Assembly: GCA_046329105.1 (NCBI GenBank)
Contig: JAXLVH010000001.1
Location: forward strand, 513,286 to 577,285
Source: Flavobacteriales bacterium
Lineage (GTDB): Bacteria; Bacteroidota; Bacteroidia; Flavobacteriales_F; PHOS-HE28
Reading direction: 5' to 3'
Length of the DNA: 64,000 nucleotides
Position numbers and translations under genes: made by a program. Below the pieces are notes generated by a model. That model saw only the letters and a program-made list of their open reading frames with translations, searched no databases and was not told the DNA's origin. This document shows, piece by piece, positions 39,219 through 48,465 of this stretch (positions are counted from its first letter, which is position 1; the number at the start of each line of letters is the position of its first letter).

Positions 39219-41186
39219 ATGGGCAAGCATATTGAACGGCCCCTGACGTGGAGCGGTATGCTCATCACGCTGGGGATCGTCTTCGGCGACATCGGGACGA
39301 GCCCGTTATATGTGTTCAAGGCCATTGCCAGCGGGCACGTGATCGAAGAGCGACTCATCTATGGAGCGGTCAGTTGCATCTTCTGGACGCTCACCCTGCA
39401 GACCACCTTCAAGTACATCTGGCTAACGCTCCAAGCGGACAACCGGGGTGAGGGCGGTGTGTTCTCCCTGTATGCTCTGGTGCGACGGTATGGCCGCTGG
39501 TTGTACATCCCGGCGATCATCGGGGCCACCACCCTGCTCGCGGACGGGGTGATCCAGCCGCCCATCTCCATCAGCGCGGCCGTGGAGGGGCTGGAAGGTG
39601 TGCCGGCGTTCGCGGACATGATCGAGCCGGGCGGGCGCTCTACCGTGATCCTGGTCATGGTGATCATCGCAGGTCTGTTCTTCTTCCAGCGGTTCGGCAC
39701 CAAGGTCGTGGGCTATGCCTTCGGACCGATCATGTTCGTCTGGTTCACCATGCTGCTCGTCCTCGGCATGGTCCAGATCGTGGAGCACCCGGCCGTGCTC
39801 AAATGCGTGAATCCGTGGTACGCCTACGAGCTCCTCGCGCGCTACCCCGGCGGTTTCTGGCTGCTGGGTGCGGTGTTCCTGTGTACCACGGGTGCCGAAG
39901 CCCTTTACAACGATATGGGACATTGCGGCCTGCGGAACATCCGATGGACCTGGGGCTTCGTGAAGCTCGCCCTGGTGGCCAACTACATGGGGCAGGGCGC
40001 GTGGCTGCTGTCCTCCGCCGGTCCGGAGCTGGGCGAGCGCAACCCCTTCTATGCCATCGTGCCCCAATGGTTCCTGCTGTCGAGCGTGGCGATCGCCACC
40101 CTGGCCGCGGTGGTCGCCTGCCAGGCGGTGATCAGTGGTTCGTTCACCCTGATCAACGAGGCGATCACACTCAACTTCTGGCCCCGGGTGAGAGTGAAGT
40201 TCCCCAGCGAGATCCGCGGGCAGATCTATATCCCGAGCGTCAATTGGATGCTTTTCGTGGGCTGCATGGGCGTGATGCTGTACTTCCGGCAGAGCAGCGC
40301 GATGGAAGCCGTGTACGGCTTCTTCATCGTGGTGGCCATGCTGATGACCAGTACCCTGATGTTCGGGTACCTGCGCTTCGCGAAACGCTGGCCGCTCTTC
40401 GCCGTGGGTGCGGTACTGTTCGTGTTCTTCAGCATGGAGATCGCGAACTTCATCGCCAATGCGGTGAAGATCATCCACCAGCCGCTGCTGCTGCCGTCAG
40501 CGATGGGCCTGCTGTTCGTGATGTTCATCTGGTACCGCGCCCGGAAGATCACCAACCGCTTCCTTCATTTTGTACCGCTTACCAAGTACGCCCAGGCACT
40601 GCGTGACCTCAGTGACGACAAGGAGATCCCCAAGTTCGCCACGCACCTGGTGTACCTCACCAAGGCCGACCGCGCGACCAACGTGGAGAAACAGGTGATC
40701 GACAGCATTCTTGCCCGGAAGGTGAAGCGTGCGGACATCTACTGGTTCGTACACGTGAACTACACCGACGAACCGTACCGGATGGAATACCGCGTGAAGG
40801 AGCTGATCGACGACAAGGTGATCCGTGTCGACTTCGACCTGGGATTCCGTGTGCAGGCGCGCATCAACATGCTCTTCCGCCGGGTGCTGGAGGAGATGGA
40901 GAGCGACCACGACCTGGAGTTCAGCAGCAAGTACGAGAGCATCAAGAAGGGCGACTTCCACACGGACATCTGTTACATCCTGCTGGACCGCGTGCTCAGC
41001 GTGGAGAATGAATTCGGCCTGGCTGATGATGTGGTGCTCGATTCCTACTTCGCATTGAAGAAGCTGGCCCTTACCGACAGGGAGGCCTTCGGCCTGGACC
41101 CCAACATGACCGTGGTGGAAAAGGTGCCGATGATCATCCAACAACGGCGCGAGGTCCCGTTGCGGCGGGTGGGCAAAGGCCAATGA
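39219..41186 (+). CDS. kup: KUP/HAK/KT family potassium transporter
   Basis: 655 aa. GDIGTSPLYVFKAI and GEGGVFSLYALV are hallmark motifs. Confidence 0.9.
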   Translation: MGKHIERPLTWSGMLITLGIVFGDIGTSPLYVFKAIASGHVIEERLIYGAVSCIFWTLTLQTTFKYIWLTLQADNRGEGGVFSLYALVRRYGRWLYIPAIIGATTLLADGVIQPPISISAAVEGLEGVPAFADMIEPGGRSTVILVMVIIAGLFFFQRFGTKVVGYAFGPIMFVWFTMLLVLGMVQIVEHPAVLKCVNPWYAYELLARYPGGFWLLGAVFLCTTGAEALYNDMGHCGLRNIRWTWGFVKLALVANYMGQGAWLLSSAGPELGERNPFYAIVPQWFLLSSVAIATLAAVVACQAVISGSFTLINEAITLNFWPRVRVKFPSEIRGQIYIPSVNWMLFVGCMGVMLYFRQSSAMEAVYGFFIVVAMLMTSTLMFGYLRFAKRWPLFAVGAVLFVFFSMEIANFIANAVKIIHQPLLLPSAMGLLFVMFIWYRARKITNRFLHFVPLTKYAQALRDLSDDKEIPKFATHLVYLTKADRATNVEKQVIDSILARKVKRADIYWFVHVNYTDEPYRMEYRVKELIDDKVIRVDFDLGFRVQARINMLFRRVLEEMESDHDLEFSSKYESIKKGDFHTDICYILLDRVLSVENEFGLADDVVLDSYFALKKLALTDREAFGLDPNMTVVEKVPMIIQQRREVPLRRVGKGQ

Positions 41187-41219
41187 CGGGACGGGGACCG
41201 CTCCGGGGGCGGTCGTCCA

Positions 41220-41993
41220 TCAGACCAGCCCGCGCTCCTTCTTCACCCGCTCCCAGGCTTCCTGTACCTTTTTGAACTTCTCGGCCGCGTCCTTCTGGAA
41301 CTGCTCGCCCAGATGGGCCACCTTGTCCGGATGATGCTTCACCACCATGCGGCGGTAGGCCTTCTTCACCTCCTCGTCGCTGGCCTTGGCATCCACTTCC
41401 AGCACGGCATAGGCGCTGGCCGGCGTGGTGCGGACCCCAAACATGGCGTGGAGCGAAGCGAGGTCCTTCTCCGATATGCCCAGGTAGTACGCGATATCCT
41501 GGATGATCTGCCGTTCGGCCCGGTCCACGCTCCCATCGGCGTGGGCCAGTCCGATGAGGTAGTGCATCAACTGCAGCCGCTCGGCATGGGCCAGATGCGC
41601 GCGCATCTGCTCGCACACCTCGCGCAAGGGGATCGTCCGCTTCAGCGTGTCACCGAGCAGACGTATCAATTCAGTGGCATGCCGCGGCCCGAACTGCCGG
41701 TTGAAGAAGGTGCGCGCATGGCCGAGTTCCCGCTGTGTCGCGGCCCCATCGGCTTTCATCACGGCCGCGGTCAGGACCACCAGGCTCAATGCCACATCGC
41801 CGGCCGTTGACTGCTGCGGACGAGCCTGCCCCGCACCCGGGCCACCGTGGGCCGTTCGTTCCTTGTTCTGGCCGGATGCCCGGTCCGTGGCCGTATCGAT
41901 GATCGACCCCAGGGCGAAACCGAGCACCGCACCCAGTGGCGTTCCGCTCAGGGCGAAGCCGATGCTTCCGAATATCCACTTGCCGAAGCCCAT
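41220..41993 (-). CDS. DjlA-like co-chaperone: N-terminal membrane segment, TerB-like domain, C-terminal J domain
   Basis: The C-terminus ...YAVLEVDAKASDEEVKKAYRRMVVKHHPDKVAHLGEQFQKDAAEKFKKVQEAWERV is a J domain with HPD. I take the start at MGFGKWIFGS, 1 nt after the upstream TPM gene stop. Confidence 0.65.
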   Translation of the reverse strand: MGFGKWIFGSIGFALSGTPLGAVLGFALGSIIDTATDRASGQNKERTAHGGPGAGQARPQQSTAGDVALSLVVLTAAVMKADGAATQRELGHARTFFNRQFGPRHATELIRLLGDTLKRTIPLREVCEQMRAHLAHAERLQLMHYLIGLAHADGSVDRAERQIIQDIAYYLGISEKDLASLHAMFGVRTTPASAYAVLEVDAKASDEEVKKAYRRMVVKHHPDKVAHLGEQFQKDAAEKFKKVQEAWERVKKERGLV

Positions 41994-41994
41994 C

Positions 41995-42792
41995 TCACCA
42001 GCTTCCTCCGGCCCCGCCGCCGCCGAACGACCCACCGCCGAAGCCACCACCGCCACCACCACCACCCCAACCGCCGCCACCGGTGAAGCCGCCCCAACTG
42101 CCGCGATGGCTGCGGCCGGCCTGGTTGAGCAGCCACCATGCGCTCCAGAAATCGATGTCGTTGGTCTTCGCGTAGCGCTTCACACGGCCTTGCTGCGCAA
42201 CAGCCCAACCGATCACCACGATCAGGATGATGACGATCCAGACCACCGTTCCCCACGGGAAGGGCGCCTGACCGTAGCTCTTCGCGTTGTACGCCCCCTT
42301 GGCCAGGTCGAAGATCACGTTCGTGGCCGCATCAAGCCCCTCGAAGTTCCGACCCTCGCGGAAACGCGGCAGGATCTCGTTGTCAACGATGCGACGGCAC
42401 ACGGCATCCGGTATCTTTTCTTCCAGGCCGTAGCCGGTCGCGATGAACACGTGACGGTCGCCGGCCGCGCCGATGGGTTTCACCAGGATGAGCACGGCGT
42501 TGTCCCATTCGGCCTTTCCCAGCCCCCAGCTTTCCCCCAGACGGAAGGCGAATTCGCCCGGATCATAGCCACAGAGCGTATCCACCACCACGATGGCGAC
42601 CTGGTTGCTCGTCTCGCGTGCGAACCGCACCAATTTGGCGTCCAGCTGCCCGGCCTCATGCTCGCTGAGCCACGGAACGTACTGGAAAAGCAAGTGGTCC
42701 TGGTCCGCGGGAACGGCTGGCAGACAGGGATCGACCGCGGCCCGCGTGAGCAGTGGCACGACCACCGCCATTGCGATAAAGGCCCTTCTCAT
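41995..42792 (-). CDS. TPM-domain (YgcG-like) membrane protein with a Gly-rich C-terminal tail
   Basis: TPM phosphatase-like domain (QVAIVVVDTLCGYDPGEFAFRLGESWGLGKAEWDNAVLILV), a TM helix, then GGGGWGGGGGGGGFGGG. Confidence 0.7.
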   Translation of the reverse strand: MRRAFIAMAVVVPLLTRAAVDPCLPAVPADQDHLLFQYVPWLSEHEAGQLDAKLVRFARETSNQVAIVVVDTLCGYDPGEFAFRLGESWGLGKAEWDNAVLILVKPIGAAGDRHVFIATGYGLEEKIPDAVCRRIVDNEILPRFREGRNFEGLDAATNVIFDLAKGAYNAKSYGQAPFPWGTVVWIVIILIVVIGWAVAQQGRVKRYAKTNDIDFWSAWWLLNQAGRSHRGSWGGFTGGGGWGGGGGGGGFGGGSFGGGGAGGSW

Positions 42793-43235
42793 CGGCCGAT
42801 GCTCACCTCGTCGGTGAGTTCATTCCGGTCGTCACCTTCCCGAGGAAAGTGCTGGGCCAACTGCGCACCCAGCCGTTCAACGCCCAAGCACAGGCCTTCG
42901 GCGTAGCAACCGGCTTTGAACTGCTCCAGCATCACTCCGAGCGTACTGTTCCAGTAACCGTTCGGCAACTTCTCGTGGATGCCCGCATCGCCGATGACGG
43001 CTGCACGCTGTTCGGCCACGCTGACATAAATGAGTGCGGCATTGCGGTGCTTGGTGCGGTGCATACCGAGCTCCTCGAACACGAATGCGGCGTGGTCCAG
43101 CACATCGTCCACGATGGTGTCGTCCAAATGGACCCTGATCTCGCCGCTGGTGCGCGATTCAGCCAGATGAACGGCCTGGCGCACGCGGTCCAGATCGGTC
43201 GGCGACAACCACTCCGCGGCCGTGAGCGCCCTCAC
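42789..43235 (-). CDS. TPM-domain protein (short form)
   Basis: 148 aa with ...GEIRVHLDD...NAALIYVSVAEQRAAVIGDAGI... It overlaps both neighbours by 4 nt. Confidence 0.6.
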   Translation of the reverse strand: MRALTAAEWLSPTDLDRVRQAVHLAESRTSGEIRVHLDDTIVDDVLDHAAFVFEELGMHRTKHRNAALIYVSVAEQRAAVIGDAGIHEKLPNGYWNSTLGVMLEQFKAGCYAEGLCLGVERLGAQLAQHFPREGDDRNELTDEVSIGR

Positions 43236-43825
43236 TTGAAGGAGATGTCAGGCGCGTTCTCGGTTCCTTCCTGGGCCTTGAAGTAGCCTTTTTCGGTGAA
43301 TCCGAAGAACCCGGCGAGCAGGCTGCCGGGGATCTGTTTGATCCGGGTGTTGTACGTGCGAGCGACCTCGTTGAATTTCCGGCGCTCCACCCCGATCCGG
43401 TTCTCCATGCCTTCGTATTGGGCCTGCAAGTCCCGGAACGCATCGGTGGCCTTCAGGTTCGGGTATTGCTCCACCGCCACGAGCAGGCGGCTGAGCGCAC
43501 CGCTGAGCTTGTCCTGTGCCTCCTGGAACTGGGCGATCTTCTCGGGGGTCAGATCATCCACCTTCAACTGGATGCTGGTGGCTTTGGCGCGCGCCTCGAT
43601 CACCGCGGTGAGCGTGCTCTTCTCAAAGTCGGCGGCGCCCTTTACGATCTCTACCAGGTTCTTGGTCTTGTCGGCACGTAGCTGATAAGCGTTCTCCACG
43701 TTGGCCCATTGTTCCGCCACGCCTTCGTTCAAACCTGTGACGGAGCGCTGGAAGCCGACGGCCCAGAAAAAGACCAGTAGGACCAGGCCACCGATGATCA
43801 GCAGCGGGATCAGGGAACGTTTCAT
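43232..43825 (-). CDS. lemA: LemA family protein
   Basis: MKRSLIPLLIIGGLVLLVFFWAVGFQRSVTGLNEGVAEQWANVENAYQLRADKTKNLVEIV... is the LemA signature. Start taken at the internal ATG. Confidence 0.8.
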   Translation of the reverse strand: MKRSLIPLLIIGGLVLLVFFWAVGFQRSVTGLNEGVAEQWANVENAYQLRADKTKNLVEIVKGAADFEKSTLTAVIEARAKATSIQLKVDDLTPEKIAQFQEAQDKLSGALSRLLVAVEQYPNLKATDAFRDLQAQYEGMENRIGVERRKFNEVARTYNTRIKQIPGSLLAGFFGFTEKGYFKAQEGTENAPDISFK

Positions 43826-43966
43826 GTGTTTCTGAGGGGGGTATCTGTACCGCAAAGATGCGCCTCGTGGTGGGAACGCAAGGCAGGGAATGATGAACGG
43901 GCGCCATGGATGATGACGCCCGTTCCCCGGGTTGTGGCACGGTCGAAGTGCCACGGTCCTGATCGG

Positions 43967-44446
43967 TCAAGCTGCCTGCAGGCGTGCCCGTTCCTCCGAT
44001 TCGCGTTTGAGGCCCACGAGTGATTCGACCCAGACCTTGCCCGCCTCACGCGCGCGTTTGATGGCCTGGGGCAGACCTGCGAAGTCGCCTTCCCAAAGTT
44101 CCACCCGGGTACGACCATCCGCTTCGGGTACAAGGTGGAGATCCACCGTGGTGTGGCTTCCGGGCTCGTCGGGCAAGCCTCCGCTCACCACATAGTTGGT
44201 GTACCGCAAGCGCACATTGGGAACCAAGGCAAGCACATTGCCCTTGGCCACCAGCTTTCGGGTCTTGTCCTCCTCGCGGCTGAACCATTGGACGGGTTGT
44301 CCGGCCTTGAGGCCCAAGGAGATGTCCGTGCTGGTATAGAGGCGGGTGATATCGGGATCGGTCAGTGCTTTCCAGATGACCTCAGGCGGCGCGTCCACCA
44401 GCAGGGTGCGCAGCACATTGGTCTCGGGGTCCAGTGGTTTGTTCAT
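43967..44446 (-). CDS. SRPBCC/AHSA1-like domain protein
   Basis: 159 aa with a START/Bet v1-like fold pattern (...VIWKALTDPDITRLY...). Weak assignment. Confidence 0.45.
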   Translation of the reverse strand: MNKPLDPETNVLRTLLVDAPPEVIWKALTDPDITRLYTSTDISLGLKAGQPVQWFSREEDKTRKLVAKGNVLALVPNVRLRYTNYVVSGGLPDEPGSHTTVDLHLVPEADGRTRVELWEGDFAGLPQAIKRAREAGKVWVESLVGLKRESEERARLQAA

Positions 44447-44591
44447 AGCGTGGGTGGCAGGTCAGGATCCGTGCCGCTTTATAGACGCTGCCGGAATGAC
44501 GGAGCGTGGCCCGCCCGTGTTAAAGGGAGTGAATGGCCCGAGGAACGGCAGGTCCCGCACGACGAACGGCGCGTTCTGCGGGCCCGGGCGG

Positions 44592-45518
44592 TCAACGGAA
44601 GATCGCCGTGACGACCGCACCATCGGCCCCGCAATGCCCGCGATACATGCCTTCGCAATTGAAATCCAGGACAATGTGACCGTTGCGGTCGATGGCGATC
44701 AGCCCACCCTCCCCGTCGAGCAACGGCAGTTTGCGATGCACCACCTCGCGCACCGCCTCCGCCAGTGCAAGGCCCTTGTATTCCATGAGAGCGCTCACAT
44801 CGTGCGCGGCCACGGCCCGGATGAAGCTTTCGCCGTTGCCTGTGCAACTGACCGCGCATGTGCTGTCGTTGGCGTAGGTACCGGCACCGATGATGGGGCT
44901 GTCGCCGATGCGCTGCCAGCGTTTGTTCGTCATGCCGCCCGTGCTGGTGGCCGCCGCGAGATGGCCCTGCTGGTCCAGCGCCACCGCACCCACCGTGCCG
45001 AACTTGCCCCTGCCACCACCACTGTGGTCCAGCTTCACGACCTGCGTACCGGCCACTTCCTGCCACTGCTCGAAGCGGTGCTGGTCGAAAAAATACTCAT
45101 CGTCCTCAAGTAGCACTTTCTCGCGATGGGCGAATTCGAAGGCCCCCATGCCGCTGATGAGCACGTGCCCGCTGCCGTCCATCACCCTTCTGGCGAGGTC
45201 CACGGGGTTCTTCACATTGCTCACCCCCGCCACGGCCCCTGCACGCAGGGTATGCCCCTCCATGACGGCGGCATCCATCTCGTGCTGGCCATCGGCATTG
45301 AACACGCTGCCCCGCCCGGCGTTGAAGAGCGGGCAATCCTCCAGGCTGCGCACGGCGGCCGCAACGGCGTCGAGCGCGGTACCGCCACTGCTCAGGATGC
45401 CATGCCCCCTCCGCAGCGCGTCCGCCAACGCATCGCGGTATATCTGCTCCCGGTGGGCGGTCAATTCAGCTTGGGCGACGGTGCCCGCGCCACCATGCAC
45501 GGCAATGCCGAAATTCAT
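44592..45518 (-). CDS. iaaA: isoaspartyl peptidase / L-asparaginase (Ntn hydrolase, plant-type asparaginase family)
   Basis: MNFGIAVHGGAGT..., and GTVGAVALDQQGHLAAATSTGGMTNKRWQRIGDSPIIGAG carries the autocleavage G-T nucleophile. Confidence 0.8.
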   Translation of the reverse strand: MNFGIAVHGGAGTVAQAELTAHREQIYRDALADALRRGHGILSSGGTALDAVAAAVRSLEDCPLFNAGRGSVFNADGQHEMDAAVMEGHTLRAGAVAGVSNVKNPVDLARRVMDGSGHVLISGMGAFEFAHREKVLLEDDEYFFDQHRFEQWQEVAGTQVVKLDHSGGGRGKFGTVGAVALDQQGHLAAATSTGGMTNKRWQRIGDSPIIGAGTYANDSTCAVSCTGNGESFIRAVAAHDVSALMEYKGLALAEAVREVVHRKLPLLDGEGGLIAIDRNGHIVLDFNCEGMYRGHCGADGAVVTAIFR

Positions 45519-45532
45519 GGATCCGAATGTGC

Positions 45533-46042
45533 TCAGTCCCGGATGATCACGCCTTCCGCCGTGAAGACCCAATTCGTATCCGGTGCGGTGATGGCGGCGA
45601 TCTCCTCGGGTGTCTTGCCGGCATCCTCGGCATAGTGCCGCAGGTCGTCCACACTGGTCACCTCACGCACGGCATGGCCCTGGATCACGGCACGCTTGCC
45701 CTCGAGCCCTTCGGTCGGCACGAAGAAGCCGTAATCCTTGAACCGCACGCTCATCGCCCGGTCATCGGCCAGTTTGACGTCCATCCAGCAGCCCTTTTTC
45801 TTGCAGCTGGTGATGATCTCGCAGTCCACCTTGGCGTCCAGTGAATCCTTGCCCATGGTGGCCGTCACGAAATCAGCCATGGCCATGGCGCCATCGGCAT
45901 TGATCGTGTCCCCATAGTACATCACGTTGAGTGCGGCTTGCTCCACCGTGTCAGTGTCCTTCGGGGTGTCATTCGCAGCCGGGCCGGAGCAGGATGCGCA
46001 AAGCGTGGCGAGGGCGACGGGGATGAGGATGTTGGCTTTCAT
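45533..46042 (-). CDS. DUF4920-like lipoprotein
   Basis: MKANILIPVALATLCASCSG is a lipobox, plus ...CKKKGCWMDV... Weak recall of DUF4920. Confidence 0.4.
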   Translation of the reverse strand: MKANILIPVALATLCASCSGPAANDTPKDTDTVEQAALNVMYYGDTINADGAMAMADFVTATMGKDSLDAKVDCEIITSCKKKGCWMDVKLADDRAMSVRFKDYGFFVPTEGLEGKRAVIQGHAVREVTSVDDLRHYAEDAGKTPEEIAAITAPDTNWVFTAEGVIIRD

Positions 46043-46235
46043 TGCTGAGGGTCTTCATCGCCCGCATTGGTACACGAGGCGATCCGGGGCGCAAAGGTAT
46101 CTGTTGTCGGCGGCACGAAGGAGCAGGTCGCTCTCGGTGGGATCGATCAGAGGTACAAGGATCGCAGGACGCGTTCGCCACAACCATTAACACCAGCGAG
46201 ACGTGCGGCACGCTACTTTGGGCGGATAATAACCT

Positions 46236-47052
46236 GTCACCCGTGGCAAGGATCATCGGACCGAGTTCACCCTTGGGGAATAAGCTATCTGAGGATCAAA
46301 AGGGGTTTTTCGCCGAGCATGGCATCATCCACTTCCCGGGGTTCCTCACGCGGGAGGCTGTGGCCGTCATCTGGCAGGCCTGCGAAGAGGTGCAGGCCCG
46401 GTGGATCGCCGAGGACCGGAAACTGGTGAACGGCATCCCGCTGAAGTGGGGCCATGATGTGGACGGGAAACCCATCGTGCAGCGCTTCGCCTTCGCCAAT
46501 CAGCACAGCCCGGTGCTGGCCGAACTGCTGAAAGACCCGCGTCTGAACGCCTTGTTGGAACTGGTGGGCACCGGTGCCCGCCTGGGCATCGACGAGAAGG
46601 ACGGCCTGGTCGTGAACCATTATGTGAACACGGAGACCAGCAAATTCACAGAAATGGGCTGGCACACGGACAGCATTCGCGATGTGTTCCTGGGCAAGCG
46701 TATCCTGCCCATGCTGAACGTGGGCATCCATCTGGACGACCAGGATCCGGCGAACGGCGGCCTACGTCTGCTACCGGGTACGCACAAGCAGAGCCTCTGG
46801 AACATGATCTTCCGAAAAAAATACTTCCTGAGCAACGAACCGGACCGGGAGGAAGTGGCCTTTTCCATACGCGCCGGTGACCTCACCGTGCATGATGGTC
46901 GATGCTGGCACCGGGTGGAGCGCAGCAGGCTCACCGGCGAGGCCAGTCGGCGGCGGGTGATGTACATGCCCATCATCGCCGGCAAGTACGATCCGAAGTC
47001 GGCGACCAGCCACACTCCGCTGTACCACAAGTTGAGCCACTTGGTGAAGTGA
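46236..47052 (+). CDS. phytanoyl-CoA dioxygenase (PhyH) family Fe(II)/2-oxoglutarate oxygenase
   Basis: ...FFAEHGIIHFPGFLT...MGWHTDS...LLPGTHK... There is no in-frame ATG. I infer a GTG/TTG start around 46236-46271. Confidence 0.55.
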
Positions 47053-47867
47053 AGGCCGCGCAGGGATACGGCTACGCGCTCGTCACCGGAGGCAGCCAGG
47101 GCATCGGGGCGGCCATCGCGCTTGAACTGGCCAGCAAGGGCTTCGGCATCGTGGTGACCGCCCGGTCCGAGGAAGGACTGCGCAAGGTGTGCACCGGGGC
47201 TGCCGCATTGAACGGTGGGCGTGCGGTGTACGTGGTGGCGGACCTGTTGGCACCCGGTGGAGTTGAACACGTGACGGCCTTTGTACGGGACCGCGGCCTG
47301 CCATTGTCCTGTCTGGTGAACAATGCCGGCCATGCGCATTGGGGATACTTCGGAGAAGAGCCCCTGGCAGCCCATCTGCCTGTGATGCGACTGAACATGG
47401 ATGTGCCGGTGGCACTCACCCACGCGCTCCTGCCCGATCTGCAACGAGGCGGGCGGGCGTACATCCTGAACACCAGCAGCATGATGGCGTACCACGCGGT
47501 GGCGAGCATGGCACTCTACTCCGCGAGCAAGGCATTCGTCCTTCGCTGGAGCCGCTCGCTACGCCTGGAGTTGAAAGGTACCGGAATAACGGTTACCACC
47601 TTGTGCCCTGGCTCCGTGATCACGGGGTTCACCGAACAGGCCGGCATGCAGGCCATGGACGATCTGGCACGGCGCTTCGGTTCACCTCCGGAACCGGTGG
47701 CCAAGGCCGCTGTATCCGCCATGCTCGCCGGAAAAGCCGAGGTGGTGCCCGGTGTACTGAACAAGTTGACCCATGCGCTCCAGCATCTGGTGCCCATGCG
47801 TGTGATCGAGTCCGCAGCGAGCCGTATCTACATCAATCGTCTTTCACGCCGAAAAGCCGGAGGCTGA
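47049..47867 (+). CDS. SDR family oxidoreductase
   Basis: TGGSQGIGAAIA (Rossmann TGxxxGxG) and YSASK (catalytic YxxxK). The GTG start overlaps the PhyH stop. Confidence 0.75.
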   Translation: MKAAQGYGYALVTGGSQGIGAAIALELASKGFGIVVTARSEEGLRKVCTGAAALNGGRAVYVVADLLAPGGVEHVTAFVRDRGLPLSCLVNNAGHAHWGYFGEEPLAAHLPVMRLNMDVPVALTHALLPDLQRGGRAYILNTSSMMAYHAVASMALYSASKAFVLRWSRSLRLELKGTGITVTTLCPGSVITGFTEQAGMQAMDDLARRFGSPPEPVAKAAVSAMLAGKAEVVPGVLNKLTHALQHLVPMRVIESAASRIYINRLSRRKAGG

Positions 47868-48465
47868 GCCCACTGGCCCACCAAGCCAGGCCCGTAAAGA
47901 CGGGTGCCGCGAACACATCGATCGTCCAGTGAACATGCTGCAGCAACACCAGTGCGGCCACCAGGGCGGTGCATACCATCATCGTGAGCCGGGCGATCCG
48001 CCCGCGTGAGAGCGGCACCATGAGGGCGAGTGTGGCCGTATGACCACTGAAAAAAAGATCCTTCAGGAACGGGGTGTCATCCGGATAGAACAAGCCTGTC
48101 ACCGGGTCGACGAGCGGAATGGCATCCACCGGTGCTTCGAGCGCGACCAGCCACATGGCCACCATGCGCATTGCCAACAGAAGAACATAGGCGCATATGC
48201 CACGCAACAACAGCCGCGGCAGGGGCAGGGCGCGAGCCACTGTGAACAGGATGGACGCGTAGAGCACCACGAACACCCAAGGCGAGACATCCATCGGTAC
48301 GGAACCGGCGATCAACGGATCCCAAGGGTGTGTCCCTGCCCTTGCACCGACCAGACCGAAGAATGGGCGTTGTGCGATCACCAGAGGAAGCGCGACCAGG
48401 AGCACGGACCAGAAGGTCCTCCTGAAGGCCGGGTCGTGCCATGCATCGCGCCAGGCTCGCCGCAT
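47833..48465 (-). CDS. PAP2 superfamily (lipid phosphatase-like) membrane protein
   Basis: Polytopic, with an FSGHTA motif (PAP2 SGH). Its start overlaps the stop of the upstream metalloprotease gene. Confidence 0.5.
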   Translation of the reverse strand: MRRAWRDAWHDPAFRRTFWSVLLVALPLVIAQRPFFGLVGARAGTHPWDPLIAGSVPMDVSPWVFVVLYASILFTVARALPLPRLLLRGICAYVLLLAMRMVAMWLVALEAPVDAIPLVDPVTGLFYPDDTPFLKDLFFSGHTATLALMVPLSRGRIARLTMMVCTALVAALVLLQHVHWTIDVFAAPVFTGLAWWASGLSLRLFGVKDD

